A stretch of 63,557 bases of DNA from positions 1-63,557 of the forward strand of contig CAMJOE010000001.1 of the NCBI GenBank assembly GCA_946407485.1, read 5' to 3'. This document shows, piece by piece, positions 14,988 through 23,715 of the stretch (within the stretch, counting starts at the first letter, position 1; every line of letters starts with the position of its first letter). Below the pieces are notes generated by a model. That model had not been told where the DNA came from. It did no database searches and saw only the letters and a program-made list of their open reading frames with translations. This DNA is from an uncultured Prevotellaceae bacterium. GTDB taxonomy: Bacteria > Bacteroidota > Bacteroidia > Bacteroidales > Bacteroidaceae. A program made the position numbers and the translations under genes.

Positions 14988-16697
14988 ATGAAGCTTCTCC
15001 TTTCGCTGCTCGGCACGTTGCCGCTCTCCGCTCTCGCCAAGACGTCTTTCCATAATATAATATATATAATGTGTGACGACATGGGCTACGGCGACTTGGG
15101 CTGCTACGGGCAGAGGCTCATCGCCACTCCCAACATCGACCGCATGGCGGCGGAAGGGATGAGGTTCACCGATGCCTATGCCGGCTGCCCTGTGAGCGCG
15201 CCCAGCCGATGCTCGTTCATGACGGGGCAGCACACGGGGCACGCGAAGATACGAGGCAACCGCGAGTACTGGGGACGCGCTGTGCTCAGGCAAAACATGT
15301 TCGGGGAGAATGCCGACTATTACGTCATCGGGCAGGAACCCTACGACATGACGCAGCCCATCATACCCGAACTCTTCAAGGCGAAAGGCTATCGCACGGG
15401 CATGTTCGGCAAGTGGGCTGGAGGCTACTGGAACTTCGACTACCCCGACACCTACGCCCGTCTGCCCGACGGCAACACGGACACAAGCCGGAGCCGAGAG
15501 AGCTCGTCGTGCTCCCTGCCCAATCTCAGAGGCATCGACTGCTTTTATGGTCCCGTCTGCCAATTCCAGGCGCACAGCTATTTCCCCAATTTCCTGAACC
15601 GATACGACCCGGAGGGACGCGGCGACACGCACCTCGTGGCAGAGGTCTTGAAGCAAAACATCAAGTGCAAGACCCTCTCTAACTCCCCCTTAAAGGGGGA
15701 GGACTGGGGAGGGGCTTCCTATGCAGACCGCCCTCAATACTCAGCCGACCTCATCCATCAATACGCCCTCGAGTGGCTCGACCGACAGACGAAGGACGAA
15801 CCTTTCCTCGGTATCTTCACCTACACCTTGCCGCATGCCGAGCTCTGGCAACCAAGCGACTCTATCGTCGAACGCTATCACGGCGTCTTTCCTGCCGAGG
15901 AGGAACGCTCCTATCGCACTGATGCAGGCAGCTGGTACTACGGCGGCAACGACAAGCACGCGCAGTTTGCGGCGATGATAACACGCCTCGATGCCTACGT
16001 CGGCGAGATACTCGCAAAGCTCCGCGACAAGGGGCTTGCCGACAACACACTCGTCATCTTCACCAGCGACAACGGTCCGCACGAGGAGGGTGGCGCCGAC
16101 CCGGGCTTCTTCGGACGCGACGGCAAGCTGCGCGGCATCAAGCGAAGCACCTACGAGGGCGGCATCCGCATCCCCTTCATCTGCTGGGGCGCAGGCATAC
16201 CACGTGGCACCGTCAGCAATCACCAACTTGCCTTCTACGACCTCATGCCGACCTTCATGGAGTACAGTGGCGTCTTCTCGAAGAAGGAAATACGGGAGCA
16301 CAGCCAGCAGACCCTCTCTGACTCCCCCTTAAAGGGGGAGAACCAAAGGTCAGCGACCGAAGGGAAAGCTAACTCCCTCCCTTTAAGGGAGGGCTGGGGA
16401 GGGTCTTTTGACGGCATCTCCTTCTGTCCCACCCTGCTCGGCAAGCCCCAAAAGCAACGCCGGCACGACTTCCTCTATTGGGAGATGAGCGACGGCCCGA
16501 CGCAGGTCATCGGCGTCCGGCAGGGCGACTGGAAGCTCGTCGTCAGCCAGGGAACGCCTTTCCTCTACAACCTCTCGACAGACATCCACGAGGACCACGA
16601 CCTCAAAGACCGCTTCCCAGACAAGCTCGCCGAGCTCATCGGCATTGTCCACCGCGAACACATCGACAGCCCGCTCTTCCCCATTAACCTTCCATAA
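14988..16697 (+). CDS. sulfatase (Ser-type formylglycine site)
   Basis: CDDMGYGDLGCYG metal-site block. Sulfatase signature PVSAPSRCSFMTG has Ser at the FGly position. Signal peptide present. Two in-frame palindromic insertions. Confidence 0.85.
   Translation: MKLLLSLLGTLPLSALAKTSFHNIIYIMCDDMGYGDLGCYGQRLIATPNIDRMAAEGMRFTDAYAGCPVSAPSRCSFMTGQHTGHAKIRGNREYWGRAVLRQNMFGENADYYVIGQEPYDMTQPIIPELFKAKGYRTGMFGKWAGGYWNFDYPDTYARLPDGNTDTSRSRESSSCSLPNLRGIDCFYGPVCQFQAHSYFPNFLNRYDPEGRGDTHLVAEVLKQNIKCKTLSNSPLKGEDWGGASYADRPQYSADLIHQYALEWLDRQTKDEPFLGIFTYTLPHAELWQPSDSIVERYHGVFPAEEERSYRTDAGSWYYGGNDKHAQFAAMITRLDAYVGEILAKLRDKGLADNTLVIFTSDNGPHEEGGADPGFFGRDGKLRGIKRSTYEGGIRIPFICWGAGIPRGTVSNHQLAFYDLMPTFMEYSGVFSKKEIREHSQQTLSDSPLKGENQRSATEGKANSLPLREGWGGSFDGISFCPTLLGKPQKQRRHDFLYWEMSDGPTQVIGVRQGDWKLVVSQGTPFLYNLSTDIHEDHDLKDRFPDKLAELIGIVHREHIDSPLFPINLP
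15670..15718. repeat. short derivative of the G/C palindromic element, in frame in the sulfatase gene
   Basis: AGACCCTCTCTAACTCCCCCTTAAAGGGGGAGGACTGGGGAGGGGCT matches the left and right ends of the 16309-16406 copy. Confidence 0.75.
16309..16406. repeat. full-length G/C palindromic element, in frame in the sulfatase gene
   Basis: Ends AGACCCTC / GAGGGTCT. Hairpins TCCCCC-TTAAA-GGGGGA and CTCCCTCCC-TTTAA-GGGAGGG. Confidence 0.8.
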
Positions 16698-16777
16698 AGA
16701 CCATAAACAAGAGGATGTGCCAGTTCTGACACATCCTCTTGTCGTTTTCTTACGCTTTGAAGCGTTGGCTCCTAAGG

Positions 16778-19700
16778 CTATTCCTGGTCGGCCATGAGGT
16801 TGAGGACGTAGGTGTAATCGGCCACATCGACCTCGCCATCCTTATTGACGTCGCCCGAGACGGAGTAGCTATCGTCGGCCATAAGGTTGAGAATGTACGT
16901 TGCGTCGGCCACATCGACTGCACCGTCGCCGTTGGCATCGCCGGGCATTCCGAAGCCGCAGAGCAGGGCATAGTCGTCGCGCTCAACCTGCCACTGGAGC
17001 AGAGGCCAGCCGTTACCGATGACACCATTCTCGTGCCAACCTTGCCATTTGCTTGCGATATCGCATATCTCCTCCTGGTTCGTGCCGTCGTAGAAGAGAA
17101 CATCTATCAGCGAGGGATGAGGTCCGGTGATGGAGGTCGGCCAATCGGCAAGAACATCAGCCTGGCTACCATTGGCTTTGCCTGCGGAGTAGCTCCTTTG
17201 CATGGTGAAATCAGCATTGACATAACCTATCATGTCCATTCCTGAATTGCCAAGTACTGCAGCATTGGTGTAGCAGTTTTGGATGTCGGCATACGACATA
17301 ACCGAACCGATGAAACCTGCAGCAAAGCCCCATTCGGACTTAACCGTTCCGTTGACATATACACCATTGATTGTAGTGGTGGGGGCATCCTCTGCCTCAT
17401 ATCCTGCGCGACCTGCCAAGATGCCTACGCTCTGTGCATTGCCGCCATCGACGGTTGCATTGTAGAAGCCAAGGTTCTTGACTGTGCCCACAAGAGCGCC
17501 GAAGAAGCCTGCCTCAAACTCATTGTCCTTGTTGGCGGCAATGGTCAGGTTCTTGATGATGTGACCTGCGCCGTCGAGGTCGATGGCCTTGCCGTAGCCC
17601 TCTTCGTAGCTGTTAGCATAGAACGTGCTGTTCATGGGCCACCAGCCTTCGCCCTGCATGTCGATGTCGGCAGTCAGCTTGGCGTAAGTCGTCTTGCCGT
17701 CAGCCATGCGGTCGCGCAGGCTCTGCAGGTCAAACTTGTTGGCAATCTGGAAGGGATTGCTCTCGGTACCGTTGCCCTTCGTGTCGAGCAGCGTAGCCTT
17801 CATGCTGGCCTTGTCCATGTCGAACTCGATGAGATACTTGCCGGCAGGCGAGATGCGCCAAGTGCGGTCGAGGCCACGCACGAGGTCGGTCACCTCCTGT
17901 CCGCTCTGGAGCTCGAGGTATTGCTCTTCGCTGCCATAGCGCGCCTCGGTCCAACTGCCGCGAGTCGTCTGGCTATAGTTCACCATCTCCTCAGTGCTGC
18001 GACATGTCATGATGCCGAACGAGCAGAAGGGATTGCTGTTGTCGTTCACGAGGTCCACAACGCCGACGTACTTGCCGCTGCCAACATGCTGCAGGGGTAC
18101 TTGCTCGTCGTTCTTCCAACGCATCAGGCTGCCCTGGCGATTGTTAAGCGTACCCGTCACAAACACCGCGTTGTCCCAATTGTACTCGTCCTGTAGAGCG
18201 AAGTCAACAGTCATCTTGTCGAGGTCGAGCACAACGTTATAGGTACCGTTAAGCGCCTGGAAGTCGCTGCCACCCTCCTGCACGTCGAAGCGATGGCGTC
18301 CGGGCGTGATGAAGCTGCGCGTGCCGTCGGTGCTCTTGTAGATAGTGTTGATGCGACGGAAGTAGAGGCCTGCACGCTGGTAACCGCCGATGCGACGGCT
18401 GCGGTCCTGAAGAGTCACGGTACCTACGAACTGGCCCTGTGCGTTCATTTTCAACGGATAGAGCGGGCACATCTGAGCGTAAGGCCATTCGCTGTTCTCG
18501 CTGTTCTCGTCGTAAAGGTCGCCCTGAACATAGACTACGCCACCGATGGCAGGATTCGTCATCAGCTCGGCGATTTTCTGTTCGGCTTCTTCGTCGGTCA
18601 GTGTGCCATTGATGACGATTCCCTCGAGTTCGTTATAGACTTCTATCATCTGGTCTTGCTGATTGCCAGGTTCGAGGCCGTCGGCCATGTCCGAAGCAAA
18701 CAGCGCAATCTCGAACAAGCGCTTATAGACGTCCACGCTGGCAGGAACGGCTGCAAACTCGGCATTCATCTCCTCGATGAGCTTCAGCTGCTGCTCTGTG
18801 TCGGCAGTCCTGGCTTGAGCTATCTTGCTGCGGATGGCATCGATATGCGACTGGCTGAGATAGTATTCCTGATCGTAGCGCTGCTGGTCGATAAGCTCTA
18901 CGCGCTCGCTATACTGGTCGAGGATGGCATTGATGGCATTGCTGCTCTCGCCCAAGTAAGTGAGGCGGAAGTTGCCCCAGATGGTCAGGTTCTTGTTGCG
19001 CCAAGGGGTCTCGCCGTTGCGGATGCCGATAGTGAGCTTGCCACCCTTCACGATGCCGTAGGCCGTCTGTTCGTAGCGCTTACCGTTGAACGCGAAGCTG
19101 GCCGTGTATATGTTGTCGGGCACGAAGTATCCGTCACCCTCCTCTGTGTCGATGTCCACGCTGCCTGTCTGCTCACCGTTGTGCGGAGCGGTCTCGTCAT
19201 CAGTGGCATCGTAGCGGCAGTTGACGCCGTTCTCTGCATCTGCATAGCTGACCTTGTCGGCATAGACACTCAGCACGGGCGTCTGGAAGTCGTTAACGAA
19301 GAGCTGAGCGGGGATGACGTCCGTGCCGTCGATAAGGCCTTCGTGACCTTGCCCCGGACGATGGAAAGCCTGAGCGGTGAGGGCGTAGATGCCGTCACTG
19401 AGACCTGTTATCTCCTGGCTGACCTCGAACGCCATATTATAGGCGGCAGCCACGGGGAAGACGTCAGTGAAGCCTCCGTTGTGCACCATGTTGTAGCCGC
19501 TCTCAGTGCGACCCTCGGTGACGGTCCAGCCATTCCAAGCCACAGCATTGTCGAACTTGGGATTGACGATAAGAGAGGTCAAGTCGGAGCCCTCGGCAGC
19601 GCTGTTCAGGATTGCCGTCTGGAGAAGCTGCTGCGCAAAGGTAGTCTCAGCTGCGAGTTGCTCAGCATCGAGCAGACGCGTATTCATTATATATAAATAT

Positions 19701-22700
19701 GTACCGTTGGGGAAGTCGGCGGATGGCGCAACTTCTTCTGTCAGGTAAGTCTCGAGTTTGTCGGCGTCATCGCCTTGGAGGTCGTCGCGGCTCTCCCATT
19801 CGCTGATGATGGCTCCTACGGCAGCAGCATAGCTCTCGTAAGCAGCCACGCTGAGCTTGATTTGGTCGGGCAGACGGCTTGCCTGGTCGGCAGCGTCGAG
19901 GATGGCACTGGTCTCGGTGAGGCTCTCGGCGCCTTCCACGATGTTGCTGTAAGCCTCCTTGAGCGACTCCTGTCCCATGACTTCTTCGAGGTCTTGGGCA
20001 TCGTCGGCAATCTGCTGAGCGATGAGGGCGTAGGCTGCGGCATCGTTGCCGACGTACTCAATGCGGACGCGGTCGATGACGCTCCAGGCGTTGGCGGTAT
20101 TGATCTGATTGCTCAGGCCAATACGTAGCGTGCCATCGGTAACGGCAAGGTAGAGCGGCTTGTTCCAGTAGTGGCCCTTCGCCATATAGACAGCGGCAGC
20201 GGCGGTGTTCGAGGGAACGAACTGGCCGTTTGACAACTGCACTTCGCCCGCGCCGTCGTTCATCTTGGCATCCTTGCCGTCGGCGGTGATGTCAACAAGG
20301 CGGCGAGCCTGACGCTTGCCGGCACTCTCGGCATAGTAGTAGGTGTTGCGCATCATGTCCTCCACAAAGTTGTCGTACGCCTCGCTGTCAAGAGCGGCAG
20401 CACGGCTGAAGCCCTGCAGGCGCAGCTTATAGACGCCGTTCTCGAGGTCGACGATATCCTGATGCGTGTCGAACGTCTTGCCTGCCTGCTCGGCTACACC
20501 ATTGCTGACAGCGAACTCATTACCCGTCCAGAAATTGCTGTCGTTGGTAAAGTTGGCGTTTTTGATGATGGCAAGGAAGCCCGTGTAGTTGGGGTCCTCC
20601 TGTCCGCAGACGGAGCAGAAGCCGTCTTCAAACTTATGAGCGGGGATGACGACTTCGTCGTTGTTGGAATACGTCATGCCGGACGGATCCACTGTGCCGT
20701 CGCAGAGCATCTTTCCCTTTGGGAAGACCTGTGCGTGACCATTGGAGAAAGGCAGAGGCTGGTCGTCGACCGCAGCGCCGTTGTCGAGGTTCTGGTACCA
20801 TGCAATAGTGCTCTGGTCGCCGTTCAGCTTATAGCAGAGCGAGCCGTCCATAATCTCGTCGTAGCTGATAAGAGCCACCTGCTGCTCTACCTCGCTTGTG
20901 CAGTAGTTGTTTGAGAGGTGGCCGTCGGTGACGCGTGCAAAGTAGAGGCCCTTGCCCTCACTGTAGCCCGTCACCTCGCTGCAGCTCCAGCAGTTGTTGA
21001 TGGTAGCCTTGCCGCCGCTTCCGCCCCATCCGACGAGGGCTCCTGAATCGTTGCCGCCTTCGATGGCACCGGTGCTGAAGCAGTTCTCGATGAGGAGGGT
21101 CGTCTGGCTGCCCGTGTTGCCGCCGAAGATGCCTGCTGCCTGTACGCCGGTGGCATAGACATTGCCCATGTTGCCAAGGTTGCGGAGCGTGACGTTGCCT
21201 GCCATCTGGTTGGTGCCGCCCACGAGGGCTACGCATTCGCCATAAGCATTGATGGAGCAGGTCTCATCAAGCAAGAGGTTCTCGATGAGCGCGCCGTTGC
21301 CGCAGCGGCCGATGAAGCCGACGTAGTTAGCATCGGCATTGATGTGCAGCTCGCTGATACGGTGCTGTTGTCCGTCGAAGTGGCCGCGATAGGGGTTCGT
21401 GCCGTTGCCGATTGGTTCGAACAGATCGCTGTAGTCCATCATGTTGATGTCGTCGGTGAGACGTGCGTTCCAACCTGAGTTGCCGAACTCGTTGACCATG
21501 CGAGAGAACCAGTAGAGCTGGCTTGCATTGCTTATCATGCGGAAATCGTCAACAAGGGGAGCATAGTCGGGGTTGCCGCTGCCGCAATTGATGCAGAAGC
21601 CGTCCTCGTATTCGTGAGGCGGAATGGTGCCGCTCGGCGAGTTGCTGTAGCCATTGACATCAATAGGCGTGCCGTCGCAGTTGAGCTGACCGCCGGCATA
21701 AACCTGGCCGCCATCTATATAATAAGGTACAGGATAAGCGTCCGTGCCGAGACGTTGGCTCCATGTGAGCGTGCTTTGGTCGCCGTTGAGCGTAAAGCAG
21801 AGCTCGCCGCTCGAAAGCGGTTCGTCGGTCAGCCAGTCGCCATCGGTGCCCTGATGTCCTGCGCCCTGGTCGTCGAAGTCGGTAAAGTCGAAGCAGTTGG
21901 TCACCGCCATCGTGCCCGGTTCGTAGCGAATGAGCTGGCAATAGTAATCAAATTTGTTGCCAGCCATGTCAGCACCCGTGATGGTTCCCAAGTTGACGCA
22001 ATTCGTAATGGAGCTGCCACCTTTGTTGATCCATGCACAAAAAGCAGTGGCAGGCGCACCAGTAATCGCGCCTGTGTTGAGGCAGTTCTTCAGTTGGATA
22101 GTGGGATAGCCGCTCTGGCCTACGCCGAGGATGCCAGATGCCGAACCGCTGGTGGCCGTGATGGTTGCCTCGTTCACGCAGTTCTCTATGATGAGAGGCG
22201 TTTCGGTATCAACTTGCGCTGCGCCTGTGATGCCGCCGATGCCGGAGGGGCCTGTCACGGAGCAACTGCTGTCGATGATAAGGTTGCGAATGACGGTGCC
22301 GCCGCGAATGACGCCGAAAAAGCCTTGGAAGTTGCTCGTGCCGTCAATGACCATGCCTTTGATGCGGTGGCCCTGTCCGTCGAACGTGCCGTTGTACTTG
22401 TAGGTTGTGTTGAGGCCGATGGGCGTGTGTGCATTTACTGTGCCCTGATAGTCGATGTCGGCAGTCAGCATACCTTTGATGGTAACCTGATGAGCGTCAT
22501 TGACCATCGCAGCGAACCACTCGACGTCGGCCACGCTGCCCAGTTCGAGGAAGCCGTCGGCGTTTGGCGTGATGTGGTCTTGCATGAGCGTTCCGCAGAC
22601 GGAGCACCAGCCATCGACGTCGTTGTGCTTAGGAGCCGGCGAGCTGTTTGTGTTGCTGTAGGTGACGTCACCTATGGCAACGCCAGCGCAATTCACTTCG

Positions 22701-23581
22701 CCCACGGCATAGACCTGTTTGTGCGTGTCGAAGGGCACGGGGAAAGCGTCGGTGCCTAATGTCTGATACCAGTTGATGCTGGTCTGGTCGCCGTTTGCCT
22801 TGAAGCAGAGCTCGCCGCTTGCCACCATGTCGTAGGTGACGTAGGTGCAGCCGCCGGGCGCTGTCGCTGCATCCGCATCCTGCTGCAAGCAGTAGCAATT
22901 GGTGAAGGAAGCACGGTCGGCCGGGTTGCCCCAAGCAAACGTGTTCATGGTCTCAACCTCTGCAATGGAGATGCAGTTGGTGTAGGAGATGGACTTGCCG
23001 CCCGTCACCCATCCCACGAAACCGTGATTGTAGCCCTGATTGCCCTGCACCTTGATGGCAGAGATACAGTTGCGGAAGGTGGCGTTGCGCGAAGCGTAGC
23101 CGATAAAGCCCGCGTTGGAGGCATTGGCGTCATAGTCCACGTCGATGTTGACAATGCTTACCACGTTCTCGAACGTCGCGTTGTCGCTCCAGTTCCAAGC
23201 GGCAAGTGCGGCGCAGTTCTTGAATGAGGCGCGGATGCTGCCGCCCACGACGAGGTTCTTCACAGTGCCGGCGAAGTTGTAGAACATGCCGGTCTGCTTG
23301 CCCTGGAAGTCGTAGTTGAGGGTGACGGTATGCCCTGCGCCGTCGAAGGTGCCGCTATAGGAAGCGGCGTTCGTGCAGAGCATGAAGTCGAGCCCTTCGA
23401 TGTCGCCGGTGAGTACCACGTCAGAGCTCTCGTAGCCCGACATTTCGGACCAGGCTTGCAAATCGCTTTTGCTGCCGATGAGATACGCACCGCTCTCGTT
23501 CTGCTGCAGGTCGGCCCATGCAGTTTGCCCGGCAAGCATCATGATGCCTGACAGGAGGAGGAAGTAAAGTTTACGTTTCAT
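16778..23581 (-). CDS. giant (2267 aa) secreted GLUG-repeat/adhesin-like protein with C-terminal dockerin, no T9SS CTD
   Basis: Signal peptide ..GQTAWA/D. GLUG-type modules (GTFDGAGHTV, GFFGVIRGGTVIRNL, IGGITG), three CxxC linkers (DGWCSVCG, DGFCINCG, DGFCSVCG) and two CBM-like modules. The terminal sequence GDANGDGAVDVADATYILN..GDVNKDGEVDVADYTYVLN gives two Ca-loop dockerin repeats (about 16781-16945). Confidence 0.7.
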   Translation of the reverse strand: MKRKLYFLLLSGIMMLAGQTAWADLQQNESGAYLIGSKSDLQAWSEMSGYESSDVVLTGDIEGLDFMLCTNAASYSGTFDGAGHTVTLNYDFQGKQTGMFYNFAGTVKNLVVGGSIRASFKNCAALAAWNWSDNATFENVVSIVNIDVDYDANASNAGFIGYASRNATFRNCISAIKVQGNQGYNHGFVGWVTGGKSISYTNCISIAEVETMNTFAWGNPADRASFTNCYCLQQDADAATAPGGCTYVTYDMVASGELCFKANGDQTSINWYQTLGTDAFPVPFDTHKQVYAVGEVNCAGVAIGDVTYSNTNSSPAPKHNDVDGWCSVCGTLMQDHITPNADGFLELGSVADVEWFAAMVNDAHQVTIKGMLTADIDYQGTVNAHTPIGLNTTYKYNGTFDGQGHRIKGMVIDGTSNFQGFFGVIRGGTVIRNLIIDSSCSVTGPSGIGGITGAAQVDTETPLIIENCVNEATITATSGSASGILGVGQSGYPTIQLKNCLNTGAITGAPATAFCAWINKGGSSITNCVNLGTITGADMAGNKFDYYCQLIRYEPGTMAVTNCFDFTDFDDQGAGHQGTDGDWLTDEPLSSGELCFTLNGDQSTLTWSQRLGTDAYPVPYYIDGGQVYAGGQLNCDGTPIDVNGYSNSPSGTIPPHEYEDGFCINCGSGNPDYAPLVDDFRMISNASQLYWFSRMVNEFGNSGWNARLTDDINMMDYSDLFEPIGNGTNPYRGHFDGQQHRISELHINADANYVGFIGRCGNGALIENLLLDETCSINAYGECVALVGGTNQMAGNVTLRNLGNMGNVYATGVQAAGIFGGNTGSQTTLLIENCFSTGAIEGGNDSGALVGWGGSGGKATINNCWSCSEVTGYSEGKGLYFARVTDGHLSNNYCTSEVEQQVALISYDEIMDGSLCYKLNGDQSTIAWYQNLDNGAAVDDQPLPFSNGHAQVFPKGKMLCDGTVDPSGMTYSNNDEVVIPAHKFEDGFCSVCGQEDPNYTGFLAIIKNANFTNDSNFWTGNEFAVSNGVAEQAGKTFDTHQDIVDLENGVYKLRLQGFSRAAALDSEAYDNFVEDMMRNTYYYAESAGKRQARRLVDITADGKDAKMNDGAGEVQLSNGQFVPSNTAAAAVYMAKGHYWNKPLYLAVTDGTLRIGLSNQINTANAWSVIDRVRIEYVGNDAAAYALIAQQIADDAQDLEEVMGQESLKEAYSNIVEGAESLTETSAILDAADQASRLPDQIKLSVAAYESYAAAVGAIISEWESRDDLQGDDADKLETYLTEEVAPSADFPNGTYLYIMNTRLLDAEQLAAETTFAQQLLQTAILNSAAEGSDLTSLIVNPKFDNAVAWNGWTVTEGRTESGYNMVHNGGFTDVFPVAAAYNMAFEVSQEITGLSDGIYALTAQAFHRPGQGHEGLIDGTDVIPAQLFVNDFQTPVLSVYADKVSYADAENGVNCRYDATDDETAPHNGEQTGSVDIDTEEGDGYFVPDNIYTASFAFNGKRYEQTAYGIVKGGKLTIGIRNGETPWRNKNLTIWGNFRLTYLGESSNAINAILDQYSERVELIDQQRYDQEYYLSQSHIDAIRSKIAQARTADTEQQLKLIEEMNAEFAAVPASVDVYKRLFEIALFASDMADGLEPGNQQDQMIEVYNELEGIVINGTLTDEEAEQKIAELMTNPAIGGVVYVQGDLYDENSENSEWPYAQMCPLYPLKMNAQGQFVGTVTLQDRSRRIGGYQRAGLYFRRINTIYKSTDGTRSFITPGRHRFDVQEGGSDFQALNGTYNVVLDLDKMTVDFALQDEYNWDNAVFVTGTLNNRQGSLMRWKNDEQVPLQHVGSGKYVGVVDLVNDNSNPFCSFGIMTCRSTEEMVNYSQTTRGSWTEARYGSEEQYLELQSGQEVTDLVRGLDRTWRISPAGKYLIEFDMDKASMKATLLDTKGNGTESNPFQIANKFDLQSLRDRMADGKTTYAKLTADIDMQGEGWWPMNSTFYANSYEEGYGKAIDLDGAGHIIKNLTIAANKDNEFEAGFFGALVGTVKNLGFYNATVDGGNAQSVGILAGRAGYEAEDAPTTTINGVYVNGTVKSEWGFAAGFIGSVMSYADIQNCYTNAAVLGNSGMDMIGYVNADFTMQRSYSAGKANGSQADVLADWPTSITGPHPSLIDVLFYDGTNQEEICDIASKWQGWHENGVIGNGWPLLQWQVERDDYALLCGFGMPGDANGDGAVDVADATYILNLMADDSYSVSGDVNKDGEVDVADYTYVLNLMADQE

Positions 23582-23715
23582 GTTGGTTTTTGGTTAGTGA
23601 AATAAAATATATGATATCTGAATGATCGGAGGGTTCTGAGTAATCGGAGGACTCGGAGGGTTCTGAGTAATCGGAGGATTCTGAATGTTCTGAATATTCT
23701 GATTTGGCGGAGGGG

